This document shows, piece after piece, positions 23,158 to 35,176 of a stretch of DNA of 64,000 nt (the first letter of the stretch is position 1; each line of letters starts with the position of its first letter). The stretch lies in the NCBI GenBank assembly GCA_010093995.1, contig ML992508.1:778506-842505 (forward strand). Reading direction: 5' to 3'. The notes beneath the pieces are model-generated. The model was not told the DNA's origin and made no database searches. It saw nothing but the letters and a program-made list of their open reading frames with translations. The stretch is from Elsinoe ampelina (Eukaryota). The translations under genes and the position numbers were made by a program.

Positions 23158-23838
23158 GACATATGCATGGAGACACGAAGCATTGCGATGGAGTTTGCGT
23201 TTACGAGAGATGCTCACGGCCGGATTGCTGGTGGTTGCTTTGCTGGTCATTACACGCAGACCCAGACGGGAAGGGAAACCCGGAACGTCTTCGCACACAG
23301 GAGGCTATGTACCATCCTATGTATACTATGATCTTACCCTCGTCGCTGTTGGGGGAGAGGTAGAATCAATCACTACGACACAGACTCTTAGAGATTGATG
23401 ATATAAAGATCGATGTGCTTTCGCCGTCGACTCGACTGGATTACGAATCGTATGCCGCACTATGCTACCCAACATATTGTTGGCCATTTCCACGCCGGTC
23501 CTGTTCATCTGCTCGGCCACGTTGCGCTGTCGATCCTGTCACCGTCAACCAGGAAAAATGCAGAGACAGTGCCACCTTGCCACCGTGCCTGCCCGCCAGG
23601 CTCATCAATAGCCCAATCTGCTCCAACCCTGCTCCTGCCTCCTGTCCAACGAACCCCACATGCAGATATACACTCATCCAGCATCGCCAGCCCCGCTTGC
23701 CCAGGAGCGACCATCGAGCCTCTGTGGCCATTCCATTCGACCCACCTTCACTCCCGCGAAACGACCTTACCTCACTCCCTGCTCTCCCTTCCCACTCCAT
23801 ACCCCAACGCCGCCCTCCCTCCCTCCCTCAGGCTCGAC

Positions 23839-24738
23839 TCATCCATCCTCCAACAAAGCCCACTCGGCCCACAACTTCGTCGGCGACCCACCATCCTCTT
23901 CTCCCTCCCACCCCTCTTCCCCTCCCCGCTGCCCGTGCCCTGCCCCTCCCCGTTGCCCGTGCCCCATCCCTCCATTAAGCCCCGGGATATGAATCCTCAG
24001 CTTAGGCGTGATCTTCTCGTCCACCTTCTCCGCTACAGGAGGAGGGAGGAGGGTGTGGGCGTACCCTGCATCGACATGTGGAGAGGAGGAGGAGAGGGAC
24101 GAGAGGGTGAGGGAGAGGAGCTGGCTGTGTAAGGATCGGGCGGTAGAGGTGCGGGTGGGTGGAGATGGGGATGTGGCGGCCTCTGAGGCAGGGGAAGGGC
24201 AAGGAAGAGGTGGGTGGATGGCGAAGAATGGCCGGGGGGAAGATGGGGATGGGGTGGTGGCCGCAGGGATGAGGGGGATTGTGGCGCGGGCGATGGTGTG
24301 GATGAGGGCGATGGTATGGTTTAGAAGCGCCTGGAGATCAGAGGGGGGAAGGTCCAGGAAGGTTGGAGAGGTGTGTTGTCCTGAAGCAGGGTCGGTGGGG
24401 AAAAGGAGGAGGACGCCATGAGGGGCTTTGAGCGAGAGGGAGTCTAGCGAGGCTGATATCTGACTGCCAGTGGGTTCAGACGGTAGGTCGTGTAAGGTCA
24501 CGGAGAGGTTGCGGTGGAGTTTGCCTGCGAGGGAGTATGCTTCTGTTCGGAGAGCCTGGGGGTTCGCGGAAGAGGGCCCGAGGATGTGTAGATCTGTGAT
24601 TGGACGTGTATGTAGAGCATTGGAGAGCAGTGTTTTACTGTCGGAGGAGGTAAGAGAGTCTGCTTCAGTGGCGATGAGGATGAGTGAGAGGCCGCTGCTA
24701 CTTGCTGCGCCGCCGTTGGAAGTCAAAGTTGAAGCCAT
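23839..24738 (-). CDS. Hypothetical protein
   Basis: 299-aa intronless ORF with an ATG start; alternating beta/alpha pattern in the N-terminal half; no family recognised. Confidence 0.6.
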   Translation of the reverse strand: MASTLTSNGGAASSSGLSLILIATEADSLTSSDSKTLLSNALHTRPITDLHILGPSSANPQALRTEAYSLAGKLHRNLSVTLHDLPSEPTGSQISASLDSLSLKAPHGVLLLFPTDPASGQHTSPTFLDLPPSDLQALLNHTIALIHTIARATIPLIPAATTPSPSSPRPFFAIHPPLPCPSPASEAATSPSPPTRTSTARSLHSQLLSLTLSSLSSSSPHVDAGYAHTLLPPPVAEKVDEKITPKLRIHIPGLNGGMGHGQRGGAGHGQRGGEEGWEGEEDGGSPTKLWAEWALLEDG

Positions 24739-25183
24739 GTGCGCGGTCTGATATCAATTGATACTTTTGAGGACTGCCCGTTATTGATATTCCATGGTAA
24801 ACAACTTGCAGAATGTTGTAGGAGAAGAAATTGTGACATGAGTACCACATCCAACTCCAGACGGAAGGCTGGCGGGGCATGCCACAATGTTCCAGCAGAA
24901 ACATGTCAGGATCGACAAACTTTGACGGCAGACACACTGGCAAACTCAAGGAGACATCAGATTTGAGATGGCTTTTCATTCGTGAATCGATCTTGGTATA
25001 GTACATGTCGTCCCTCAATCAAAGTCATGTGCACCCGCCCCTTTCCGGTCCTGTCCCATTCAGCCAGCAAGCCTGGGATGCAAGACTTCTGTCTCGAAGC
25101 TGACGGCGATTTGCTGTATGTTCATTCTGGTCGCATAATATGTAGCGCATGGAAACGCTTGTGTAGATCCAAGTCGAAGGCAT

Positions 25184-26500
25184 CTACCACTCAAATTCCC
25201 CTTGAGCTTTGTGAAAGAGATATCTGGGACAGAAGTTAGCATAATCTCAGGCTGAGACTTCAAACGACTTACTCTTTGCCATTGGCTGAGAGCACACCAT
25301 CCTTGAGTGTGCACTTCCACTTGTTCTTGACCCTCTGGACCTTGTCGTATGTGCACAGCATAGAGTCGATGTCGTCGTCATCCTCATCGGCGTTGTTAGC
25401 CTCCTCGCCAGAATCATCAAGATCCGAGTTGATGGCATTCTCATCGTCTTCGTCCTTGATCTTGTCGTCATCGGAAAGCTCGCCATCCAGTTGAGGAATG
25501 GTTGATGCCTGTTGCGATTTGACGATTCGGCTGGACTTCTTGCCGCGGCGTCCTTGTTGGTCCAGAGGCTGCATCAGTCCGTTCTCCAGCTCACGTGCCA
25601 TTTCCGCAATGTGCTCTCGCATCATCGCGTCGTTCTTCGCACGATCGTCCTCGGACACCGACCTGGCCGAGTTCAACATCGCTTTCCACTCCTCCATGCC
25701 GTCGCCAGCTCCGTCGTTCTGAGCGTACGCTAGACGTGCGCGCTTATTCGCCTGGAAATCGTCGGCAGCTCCATCCGTCTCGGCCTTGATGCGGGGCTGC
25801 TGAGCAGCTTGTTGCTGCTTCATTTGTTGTTGATACTGCTGCTGAAGTTGATGCTGGTTCTGTGGCGGAAGTTGAAGCCCCGTCGGCTTCTGCTGTTGAC
25901 CAGGCAGGGCGATACCACCTTGACGCATAGCTCCGAGCGAAGCGCTCGCTTGATTGCCATACTGCTGCTGTAACAAGCTGGCTGCACGCTGTTGCGCAAG
26001 TTCGGGGTTCATGGCTTGAGGCATGTAAGAGCCATTGTTGTAGTTCTCCGTTCCAGGTTCGTTCTTGATACGAGGTCCGTTGGATGCTTGTGCTTGTGGA
26101 GGAGGGGCATATGACTGCGTAGATACTGGTGGGGCTTGAGCTTGTGGTGGCGGTGCCGGCTTGGGATCCCATGGCATCTGTGCGACGTTGCGAACAGACA
26201 GCTTTTGCTGCCATGTCTGGAGCTGTCAGCTGCCGTGCTTCATATTATGATAATCGCCGGCCCACGTCCCAGGCGCCATAGGTGCAGGAGAACTCAGTCG
26301 ACAAAGCAGAACGAGGAAAGAGACTTACCTGCTTAAGCTCGGTTAGGGTCTGTTGAGGCACACCGTTCTCCTCAAAGTCAGTCATACTCGCAGACACCAC
26401 CTCGTCGATGACCTTGTCGAAGATGTCTCCCTTCAATAATGTCAGTCACACGAGCAGTCTACTTGTGGCGAAAAGCAATTACCGCTACGATGTTCGACAT
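25184..26500 (-). CDS. TOA1: Transcription factor IIA large (alpha/beta) subunit, 4 exons
   Basis: MSNIVA|GDIFDKVIDEVVSAS..FEENGV...LKQ|TWQQKLS; Gln-rich middle; QLDG cleavage-like motif; INSDLDD; MLCTYDKVQRVKNKWKCTLKDG...E|YLFHKAQGEFEW*. Confidence 0.95.
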
Positions 26501-27054
26501 GTTGGCGAATGAAGACTTTGTTGATCAACGTTTCTTGTGAAAGACAGATGAAACAGTTGCGATATAGCTGGGGCTCCAGAAGTAAGACGTCAGCGGCGGA
26601 ATCACCAGTGAAGGCTTCCGCGATTGAAGGCCGCAGTGGAGCGCATGCACCTATAGAGCTCCGTCTATTGTGTAACGGCTGTATTATCGTCCAAGTGAGA
26701 GGTTCAGAGATGTTGATATGAAAGTTGATGATTGATGGTAAGCCGAGCAGGCTAGATGGCTTGGTCGTGGTAGGAGGCGAAGTTGAGAAAGGGTCGGCAG
26801 AAAGGACGACACCCCGTTCCCGATGACTAAGCATAGACGCCGCCAAATCGGGATCTCACTTATGACTGCAAATGCTCCATTGGCACATGATAATGCAATA
26901 ATGAAATGGATGGACCTGCGACGAACCTGATGCCTGGTGCTCTTTGCACGCTCATTTGAAACGAGGGTACAAAGACGCATTGGTGTGACTCGACGCGACC
27001 CTCAGCTTCCAATACCACGTCCCCGTGCACCACAGATGCAGCAACAAAATCACC

Positions 27055-27780
27055 ATGTCACGCTCGTCAGATCCAGAAGAATTGGAGGATGAAGACGAGG
27101 AGGAACAGATCGAGCACGACGAAGACGACATTCACGACATTCACGTTTCAGCATCAGCTTTGCCACCAAAAGGACTCAAGGAGATATCATCTCTGGCTTC
27201 ATGGACGCTCTCTTCTGCCAAGGCGGGGTCTGGTGTCGCTGCTTTGAGATCACTCGACATGACTCAATTCTGGCAGTCTGACGGCCCTCAGCCTCACTAT
27301 CTTACTATACACTTCTTCAAACTCGTCTCCATCGTCCACATGAGGCTGTTCCTGGATTTCGAGCAGGATGAGAGCTATACTCCGACCAAGATCCAATTCT
27401 GGGCTGGCATGGGAACTCATGACCTCCAGGAATTTTGCGAGATGAGCTTTGAGCAGCCCAAGGGATGGATCGATGTCGACTTCAGTAAAGTCGGGCCTAT
27501 CTCGGATGAAGTTTCTGATCTTCCAAATGGCGAGACCGACTGGACCGCGCGGCCCGTCCTCAGAGCATTCTTGGTGCAGGTCCGCATTGTCGAGAACCAC
27601 CAGAATGGCAAAGACACTCATCTTCGAGGCTTGCAACTATTCTCAATCGATCCGACAGCCTCAGAAGCTGCGCCCTCGGAACCCAGCCCAAGAAAGGTCC
27701 TCCTTGATGAGCGACCGAAGCGTAAGAAGGCGATACCTATACGCAAGGCGCCGTGGATGATGGAGCCAGAGCTGCGGTAA
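27055..27780 (+). CDS. APC10: Anaphase-promoting complex subunit 10 (Doc1)
   Basis: EISSLASWTLSSAKAGSGV...FWQSDGPQPH...DESYTPTKI...ENHQNGKDTHLRG; C-terminal LR tail. Confidence 0.93.
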   Translation: MSRSSDPEELEDEDEEEQIEHDEDDIHDIHVSASALPPKGLKEISSLASWTLSSAKAGSGVAALRSLDMTQFWQSDGPQPHYLTIHFFKLVSIVHMRLFLDFEQDESYTPTKIQFWAGMGTHDLQEFCEMSFEQPKGWIDVDFSKVGPISDEVSDLPNGETDWTARPVLRAFLVQVRIVENHQNGKDTHLRGLQLFSIDPTASEAAPSEPSPRKVLLDERPKRKKAIPIRKAPWMMEPELR

Positions 27781-27823
27781 AGATATGCCGGCGGAATGAA
27801 TCTAGCTGCAGTCCAATCGCCTT

Positions 27824-28834
27824 TCACACTTGCTGCAATCGAGCCTGCCGTTCCTCCAGATCCCTCTTCCCCTGCACATTCTGCAAGAAGTCCATCTTGT
27901 CCATGTATCCCTGCTTGCTTCTTCCATATTCATCTAATTCGTCCTTGAACCCCTCTGCATCCACGTGTGACACCCAATCCAGCTTCGACTTCTGCACAGT
28001 ATTGAGCCGTTGAGCCTTTCCTCCCGATGCCTTCGCTTCGTCTTCCAGTCTTTGCTGTTGTGCGAGGACATCTGCTCTTGATGGTGTCCGTAGTCGTTGC
28101 TTGTGGAGTGGAACACCTTTGACCTCTCCGGTAGGGTTTGGCTCAAACCGCGAGGCTCGTTTGAGGGGTTTCCTCATGATCACTCCGTCCTCGCTGTGTT
28201 TGCGCGCCGTTGCTTCCTGGGGCTTTTCTTCTTGATTCGACAGGTACAGCCTCGCTTCCGCCGAGTCTCTGTGCACTTGCTTTTCCTCTGTCACTGTCTG
28301 GCCGGCGAAGGTGTAGCTATGCTTGATAGTTATAAGCTCGTTCTCATCCACTGCAGCTTCGTCTCTCGTTTGGTCGCGGGCCTCCGTTCCTGCAAGTCCT
28401 GTCTCATCAATTTCTTCGATGAGCTTTGATGTTCGCCCGACAGGTGCAGCGCTTAAGCTCGCCCAGAGAGAATCCACATCAATAGTGACTGGCCCTTTGT
28501 TCGTTCTTCGAAATTCACGCCGTTCCTCTTTCTCTGCACGCCGCTGGGCACGTGTCTTGACCAGTCCTCCTTCGCCTCCACTGTCATCTTCCTGCTTGTC
28601 TCCAGACTTTCGTTTCTTTCGTCTTCGCTCCTGAATGGTAGCCTCGTCTCCAGAGTCCAGCTCCTCTTCGACAGCAGGTTTGCGCTTTCGCACCGCCTTA
28701 GCAGTCTTCGCTACCGTGGTGGCCGATTCATCTTCGTCGGACGATGATGAGACATCTTCTTCGCCAGCATCTGCAGTCTCGGGATTGAAGTCCTCGTCTT
28801 CGCTTTCGATATAGTTCCGTTCTTCCTCCTCCAT
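27824..28834 (-). CDS. SWC5: SWR1 complex subunit Swc5 (BCNT/CFDP1 C-terminal domain)
   Basis: Acidic N-terminus (ESEDEDFNP); YTFAGQTVTEEKQV; BCNT motif LNTVQKSKLDW...GFKDEL...GYMDKMDFL. Confidence 0.92.
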   Translation of the reverse strand: MEEEERNYIESEDEDFNPETADAGEEDVSSSSDEDESATTVAKTAKAVRKRKPAVEEELDSGDEATIQERRRKKRKSGDKQEDDSGGEGGLVKTRAQRRAEKEERREFRRTNKGPVTIDVDSLWASLSAAPVGRTSKLIEEIDETGLAGTEARDQTRDEAAVDENELITIKHSYTFAGQTVTEEKQVHRDSAEARLYLSNQEEKPQEATARKHSEDGVIMRKPLKRASRFEPNPTGEVKGVPLHKQRLRTPSRADVLAQQQRLEDEAKASGGKAQRLNTVQKSKLDWVSHVDAEGFKDELDEYGRSKQGYMDKMDFLQNVQGKRDLEERQARLQQV

Positions 28835-29224
28835 CGTCGTAAACCCAAGCGAATAATTTTGGCGAGAGGATGTCGCGAAGCAGGTCGAGTGATGGAAGAC
28901 TGACCTCCGCGGACTTGACTACAGAGGTCCGTGCACCCAAAGCAGCTTTTGAGATTCTTCAAGCTCACCCTATGTTCGCCTCAGCACTCTTTTCGCATCA
29001 CTTTCCACCCCTTTCCGACTTCATCTCGCGCCATCACCCGAGGTCTTGCGGTTTGCGACAGTTGCGCACGAAATCGTGCTGTAGTACGCGTCTCAGCAGC
29101 AACGCGCTGCCCCTCGCGGCCTTGCACGATTTGCGCCTGTCATTCCGAGCGCAGCAACATCGAGTCACGACTGTGGTGACACTAGGACCGTCGCAATCTT
29201 CGATCTCAAAAGATTTCCATCAAG

Positions 29225-32200
29225 ATGGCAGACTGGGACACTGGCAGCGATGTCGCCGAAGACCCCTCGATCATCACCAGTGAGGACTGCTGGACCGCGA
29301 TTTCAAGTTTCTTCAACAGTAAAGGTCTGGTTTCGCAGCAGCTCGACTCTTTTGATGAATTCGCCGGCACGACTATGCAAGAGATTGTAGCTGAGACGGG
29401 ACGGATTGTGCTAGATCAGAATGCGCCTTCGATGGAAGACGAGGATGATCCGATCATCAAGCGAAGATATCAGATCGAGTTTGGCAACATCACAATCTCG
29501 CAAGCTGCCATCACTGAGGGTGACGGATCGACTCGACCGCTGTTCCCGCACGAAGCACGGTTACGGAATCTCACATACTCCAGCCCTATCTACCTTGGTA
29601 TGAAGAACAGTGTGTTGGTGGCAAGAGAGCGACCTGTGCCGAAGCTGGATGAAAGTGGAGAACCGATTGACTACGATGATGGAGAAGAGCCAGAGACAGA
29701 GCTGGTATGGGAGAAGGAGAACCCAGATGAGCCGGAAGAGGAAACCAGAGTCTTCATCGGCAAACTCCCAGTCATGCTAAAGTCCAAGATCTGCACGCTG
29801 CGAAATCGGCCAGAAAACGAGCTCTACGCTTTTCAAGAATGCCCTTACGACCAAGGAGGATACTTTGTCATCAACGGTAGTGAGAAGGTGCTGATTGCTC
29901 AGGAGAGAAGTGCTGCCAATATCGTCCAGGTCTTCAAGAAGAAAGGCAGTCCGACTCCAATCATCGCAGAATGCAGATCAGCCACCGAGAAGGGATCGCG
30001 GCTACTTTCTTCAATGTCTCTCAAGCTCTACGCCAGAGGCTCGAGCGTCGGCGCTGGCACTGGAGGGACCGTCAAGATGACTCTACCATACATCAAGTCC
30101 GACGTTCCGATCGGTATTGTCTTCCGCGCACTTGGTATTGTCAGTGATTCGGAAATCCTCAAGTGCATCTGCTACGACGAGAACGATACCCTTCTCAAGG
30201 AGATGATCAAGCCATGTCTGGAAGAAGCCTTTGTCATTCAGGATCAAGAAGTTGCATTAGATTATATTGGGAAGCGCGGTAACCAGGTTGGCACCCGGGA
30301 GAAACGTATCCGCTACGCACGAGACATCCTTGTGAAGGAGTTGCTACCGCATTTGAGCCAAGAGCAAGGCTCCGAGACCAGGAAAGCTTGGTACATTGGA
30401 TACATGATCAACCGTCTCTGTCAAGTGGCTCTTGGTCGAGAAGATGAAGACGATCGTGACCACTTTGGCAAGAAGCGGTTGGATCTGGCTGGACCACTCA
30501 TGGCTCAGGTCTTCCGCCTCAAGTTTGCACAGCTCGTTCGCGACATCAGGATCTATCTTTCTCGCTGCGTGGAACAAGGCAAAGACTTCAATCTGACTTT
30601 GGCAGTCAAATCCAACATCATTACAAATGGTTTGCGATACTCTCTCGCGACCGGTAATTGGGGCGACCAGAAAAAGGCATCATCGGCTAGAGCTGGAGTA
30701 TCTCAAGTGCTGAACCGCTTCACCTACGCCGCATGCCTGTCGCATTTGCGAAGAACGAACACTCCCATCGGACGAGACGGGAAGATTGCGAAGCCTCGTC
30801 AACTACACAACAGCCATTGGGGTCTGGTGTGCCCTGCTGAAACTCCGGAAGGTCAAGCTTGCGGGTTGGTCAAGAACTTGTCTCTAATGACATACGTTTC
30901 TGTCGGTACCCCGGCTGGACCCATCATCGAATATCTCTACCAACGAGCTGTCGAGATCATTGAAGAGTACGATCCGAAGACCAACCCAAATGCGACAAAA
31001 GTGTTCGTGAACGGACAGTGGATCGGCGTGACAAGAGATGCGGCAAGCTTGCACGAGACTATCCTCAATCTTAGACGGCATGACACGCTCTCATTCGAAA
31101 TCAGTTTGATCCGAGACGTTCGCGCCCGAGAGTTCCGCATCTTCACTGATTGCGGTCGTGTAATGAGACCTGTCTTCGTCGTCGACAACACTCCGGGTGA
31201 GAACCAAGGCAAGCTTATGTTCAAGCGCGAGCACGTCGATCGACTTCAGGCAGACAACGAAATCGACACGACTGGCATCAGCGAAGAAGATCGAGACAAG
31301 GTCGTCTTTGGTTGGACTGGACTGGTCGCGAGCGGTGTGGTTGAGTATCTTGATGCAGAGGAAGAGGAGATGACCATGATCGCAATGTCGCCAGAAGATC
31401 TGGACGAGCACCGAGCCATGCGGCAAGGCCACACGATTGTCGAAGATACCTCTGATCCTCATCGTCGCTTCAAGTCGAAACCGAATCCTGCCGTTCGGCA
31501 GTACACGCATTGCGAGATTCATGCATCACAGATTCTGAGTGTCTGCGCCAGCATCATCCCATTCCCCGACCACAATCAGTCTCCTCGTAACACTTACCAA
31601 TCTGCTATGGGTAAGCAAGCCATGGGCATGACGCTTACCTCTGTCGGCACTCGTATGGACACCATGATGAACGTTCTTTACTACCCCCAGAAGCCGCTGG
31701 GCACAACAAGATCTATGGAGTACCTCAAATTCCGAGAATTGCCTGCCGGACAGAACGCTATCGTGGCCATCATGTGTTACAGTGGTTACAACCAAGAAGA
31801 TTCGGTCATCATGAACCAGTCATCCATTGACCGCGGACTTTTCAGGTCGCTTTACTACCGAGCATACATGGATCAGGAGAAGCGGATCGGCATGTCAGTC
31901 GTTGAGCAGTTTGAGAAGCCGACTCGTGCAGACACGATGCGTCTGAAGCGTGGCACGTACGATAAGCTTGACGAAGATGGAATTGTGGCTCCTGGTACGA
32001 AAGTGTCTGGCGATGATATCATCATTGGCAAGACCGCGCCCATGGCACCAGACGCCGAGGAGCTCGGGCAACGGACCAAGATGCACGTTAAGCGAGACGT
32101 GTCTACGCCTCTCAGATCAACCGAGAGCGGTGTCATTGATCAGGTTCTACTAACCACCAATGTGGAAGGTCTTCGATTCGTCAAGGTCCGAACGCGAGTA

Positions 32201-33071
32201 ACCAAGATACCTCAGATCGGAGACAAGTTCGCTTCGCGCCACGGTCAAAAAGGTACCATTGGTATCACGTATCGTCAAGACGACATGCCTTTCACAGCCG
32301 AGGGTATTGTACCGGATCTCATCATCAACCCTCACGCTATTCCGTCCCGTATGACAATTGCCCATTTGATCGAGTGCTTGCTCAGCAAGGTTGGATCGCT
32401 AGGTGGGCAGGAGGGTGACGCTACTCCCTTTACCGATGTCACGATCACTGCTATTTCGGACATTTTGAAGAGCCACGGGTACCAGTCCCGTGGCTTTGAG
32501 CTGCTTTACCATGGGTTTGTGACTCTGTTTTCCAAGCTTATATAATGCTAACACTTCGACAGACACACCGGGAAGAAGATGACGGCCCAAGTCTTCCTTG
32601 GTCCCACCTACTACCAACGTCTCCGCCACATGGTCGACGACAAGATCCACGCCCGTGCCCGTGGTCCTACACAGATTCTGACGCGCCAGCCCGTCGAAGG
32701 TCGTGCCCGAGATGGTGGTCTTCGATTCGGAGAGATGGAACGTGATTGCATGATCACTCACGGTGCAAGCGCATTCCTCAAAGAGCGCCTGCTGGATGTG
32801 TCGGACGCTTTCCGCGTACACATCTGCGAGATCTGCGGTCTCATGACACCCATTGTGTCGTTGAAGAAACAGCAGTACGAGTGCAGGCCGTGCAGGAATA
32901 AGACGGCTGTGGCGCAGATCATCCTTCCTTATGCGGCCAAGCTGCTTTTCCAGGAGGTGTGTATCGAGTACTCATTAACCTCGAACTTCACTGACAGTGC
33001 CACAGTTGCAATCCATGTCCATCGCGACACGCATGTTCACGAGCAGGTCCGTCGGTGTGAGTCTGAGGTAG
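29225..33071 (+). CDS. RPB2: RNA polymerase II second-largest subunit; introns about 32515-32562 and 32957-33005
   Basis: [71 protein letters not shown] and the C-terminal zinc ribbon. Confidence 0.99.
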
Positions 33072-33887
33072 GTGGAGGGAGCGTCAAAGGCACATTTGCA
33101 TGAGAAGTAGAAAGACACGAAACAAGCTCAAGGCGGTCTGAGAAAAGCACGGCGTTCTTGGGAAGGGTCAAGCCATATATTGGCCTTGTATACCAGATAT
33201 CATAGCGTGGAAAATGCATTGTGGAAAGTGCGGCAGACTTTGTAATGGTGCGAGAACTGCTACAGTGTACACGGCACGTTATGCCGTCTCATTTGGTCAA
33301 GTCGGCCAGACTCGAGTGACTTGGTTTAGCTATGTGAGGACGAATGAAGATTGTGTGCCTGTCACGCTCGAAGCGCCGTAGCCATGTCTCCCGAAACGCC
33401 TCTCAGCCAATCAACACGATGACTTCATCTTTCTCATCCTTTCGCACGTGCATGCATCTAATTTCTCCCCAGCATCACAGTATCATTGGTCATGACTATG
33501 CATACGCGCTGCGATGACTTTGATCAAGTCGCACCAAGCACTACCCTTCTGCAGGTCCCTCTTGCGGCCACAGCGAGGTCCCCATGAAGCGCCGACAGCA
33601 CAACCACCTCATGCAAGGCACTAGCCCCAGACACCTTCTACACGCAGTCTCTACGTCTCATTGGTTCCCCCATGACTCCTCCAGACAAGTCCCTACCTCC
33701 ATCCACGACTCTAACAATAGCCCGGAAGACCTCGACTGATATAGCCCCCCATCCCATGACCCCTTGCTCTCCCAGACGTCCTGGTCATTCTTGGTAGTAT
33801 CCAATCTCAAGCCCCTCTGCCTGTTTCACACTCTCACACTCTCGCTCACCCTCTCATTCACCCCATTCTCTACCTCACCAAAAAAAC

Positions 33888-34649
33888 ATGCCCACCAAAA
33901 TCGCCTCGCGCATCTACATCACCATCTTCGCCTCCCTCTCCATCTGCCTCTCCCTCGCCGTCCTCGGCTGCGCAGGCCACATCCTACATACCTACAACAC
34001 ACAGAAAAACGGCAACCCATGGTGGCTGCCTCTTTGGCCGCAACACTTTGACGACAGAGGCCTCAAGGCGTTGATCGGCGGGGGGACGAGCGTGGTGGTG
34101 CTCGACGCGGTCTGCGTGGCGGCGTTGTTCAAGGAGGTGAGTACCCACCGTACCAATACGGACAAGGCACAGGGGCTGACGAGGCGCAGCACAAGTCGCA
34201 GAAAGACGCAGTGTTCCTCTCGTCGCTGGTCGCTGCTGTCGCCGCTGGTGTGGCGGTCATTTATCCCGCCGTGTTGAACAGGCAGTCGCCCGCGCGGGAC
34301 ACGATGCAGTCGTGGACGTGTGCGTATAGCTTCACCACCGAGTCGGTTAGTGCAGGGGTGCCGCCGAATTTCCCGGCGCTTTGCGTGCAGAATGTGGGTA
34401 TCGGGCATGTTTAGGAGGGGATTGTGATGCTGACTGGGGGGGCAGAAATTGGCGTTTTATGCTACGGTGCCGATACTGGTTCTGCAGCTGACGGTGTTGG
34501 GGGTGGGCATGTTCAGTATGAAGAAGAATTCGAGTCAGGTGCAGGCTTTGAGGTCGAAGAGTAGTTATGAGCTGCCGTCGTATGAGGCCACGGTCAGGTC
34601 GGGAAGCACGGAGAAGGAGGTCAGTCATGTTAGGGTTGTGAGCAGATGA
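33888..34649 (+). CDS. Small four-TM (MARVEL-like) membrane protein; introns about 34137-34189 and 34394-34446
   Basis: Four hydrophobic segments after splicing; PWWLPLWPQHFD and TMQSWTC..FPALC motifs; canonical donors, branch sites and acceptors. Confidence 0.7.
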
Positions 34650-35176
34650 TGGGCATGGGACGAGGCATCGATCACGACAGTATGGCAGGAAGAGCGAGGA
34701 TCAGAGTGGCGATTTTTACACGGGCATTATCTGGCGTCTGTAGGAATACCTTGATGTACTGTCTATTGTCTAGCATACATTATTTCGTATCTCTAGCACT
34801 GGTACATGCATGTCAGAGTGCCATGGCTTGGGCTCATCGGTGGTACCGACGCCTCTTTCGCTTGGTGAATTCACCGCTTCTCTTCCTCTCATGCATGAAC
34901 GTTCCACTATCGACCGGGGCACCATTACCCCTGCTTGTCTGCATCCCTCCTCGATCATGCTTGGATGATCCTGCACGAACGGTCAGCTTGGCGATAGTTC
35001 TGAGCTCAGCTGGTGTGATTGGCGCTGCTGACAACCACAAGCGGGAGAGCTGATGGTGGGCTTTTGGCATGTGATCGCCAACACCTCAACGAACATATAT
35101 CCATCAATCGTCACCACTGCAATGGCCCAAGTATCTCTCATTCATCCTCCCTATCTCAAGTCCTGGTAAATGCATC

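Noticed and set aside
23413..24132. Pro/Ser-rich plus-strand ORFs of 187-239 aa
   Set aside because: Low-complexity frames overlapping the 3' end and UTR of the minus-strand 299-aa gene; no independent support.
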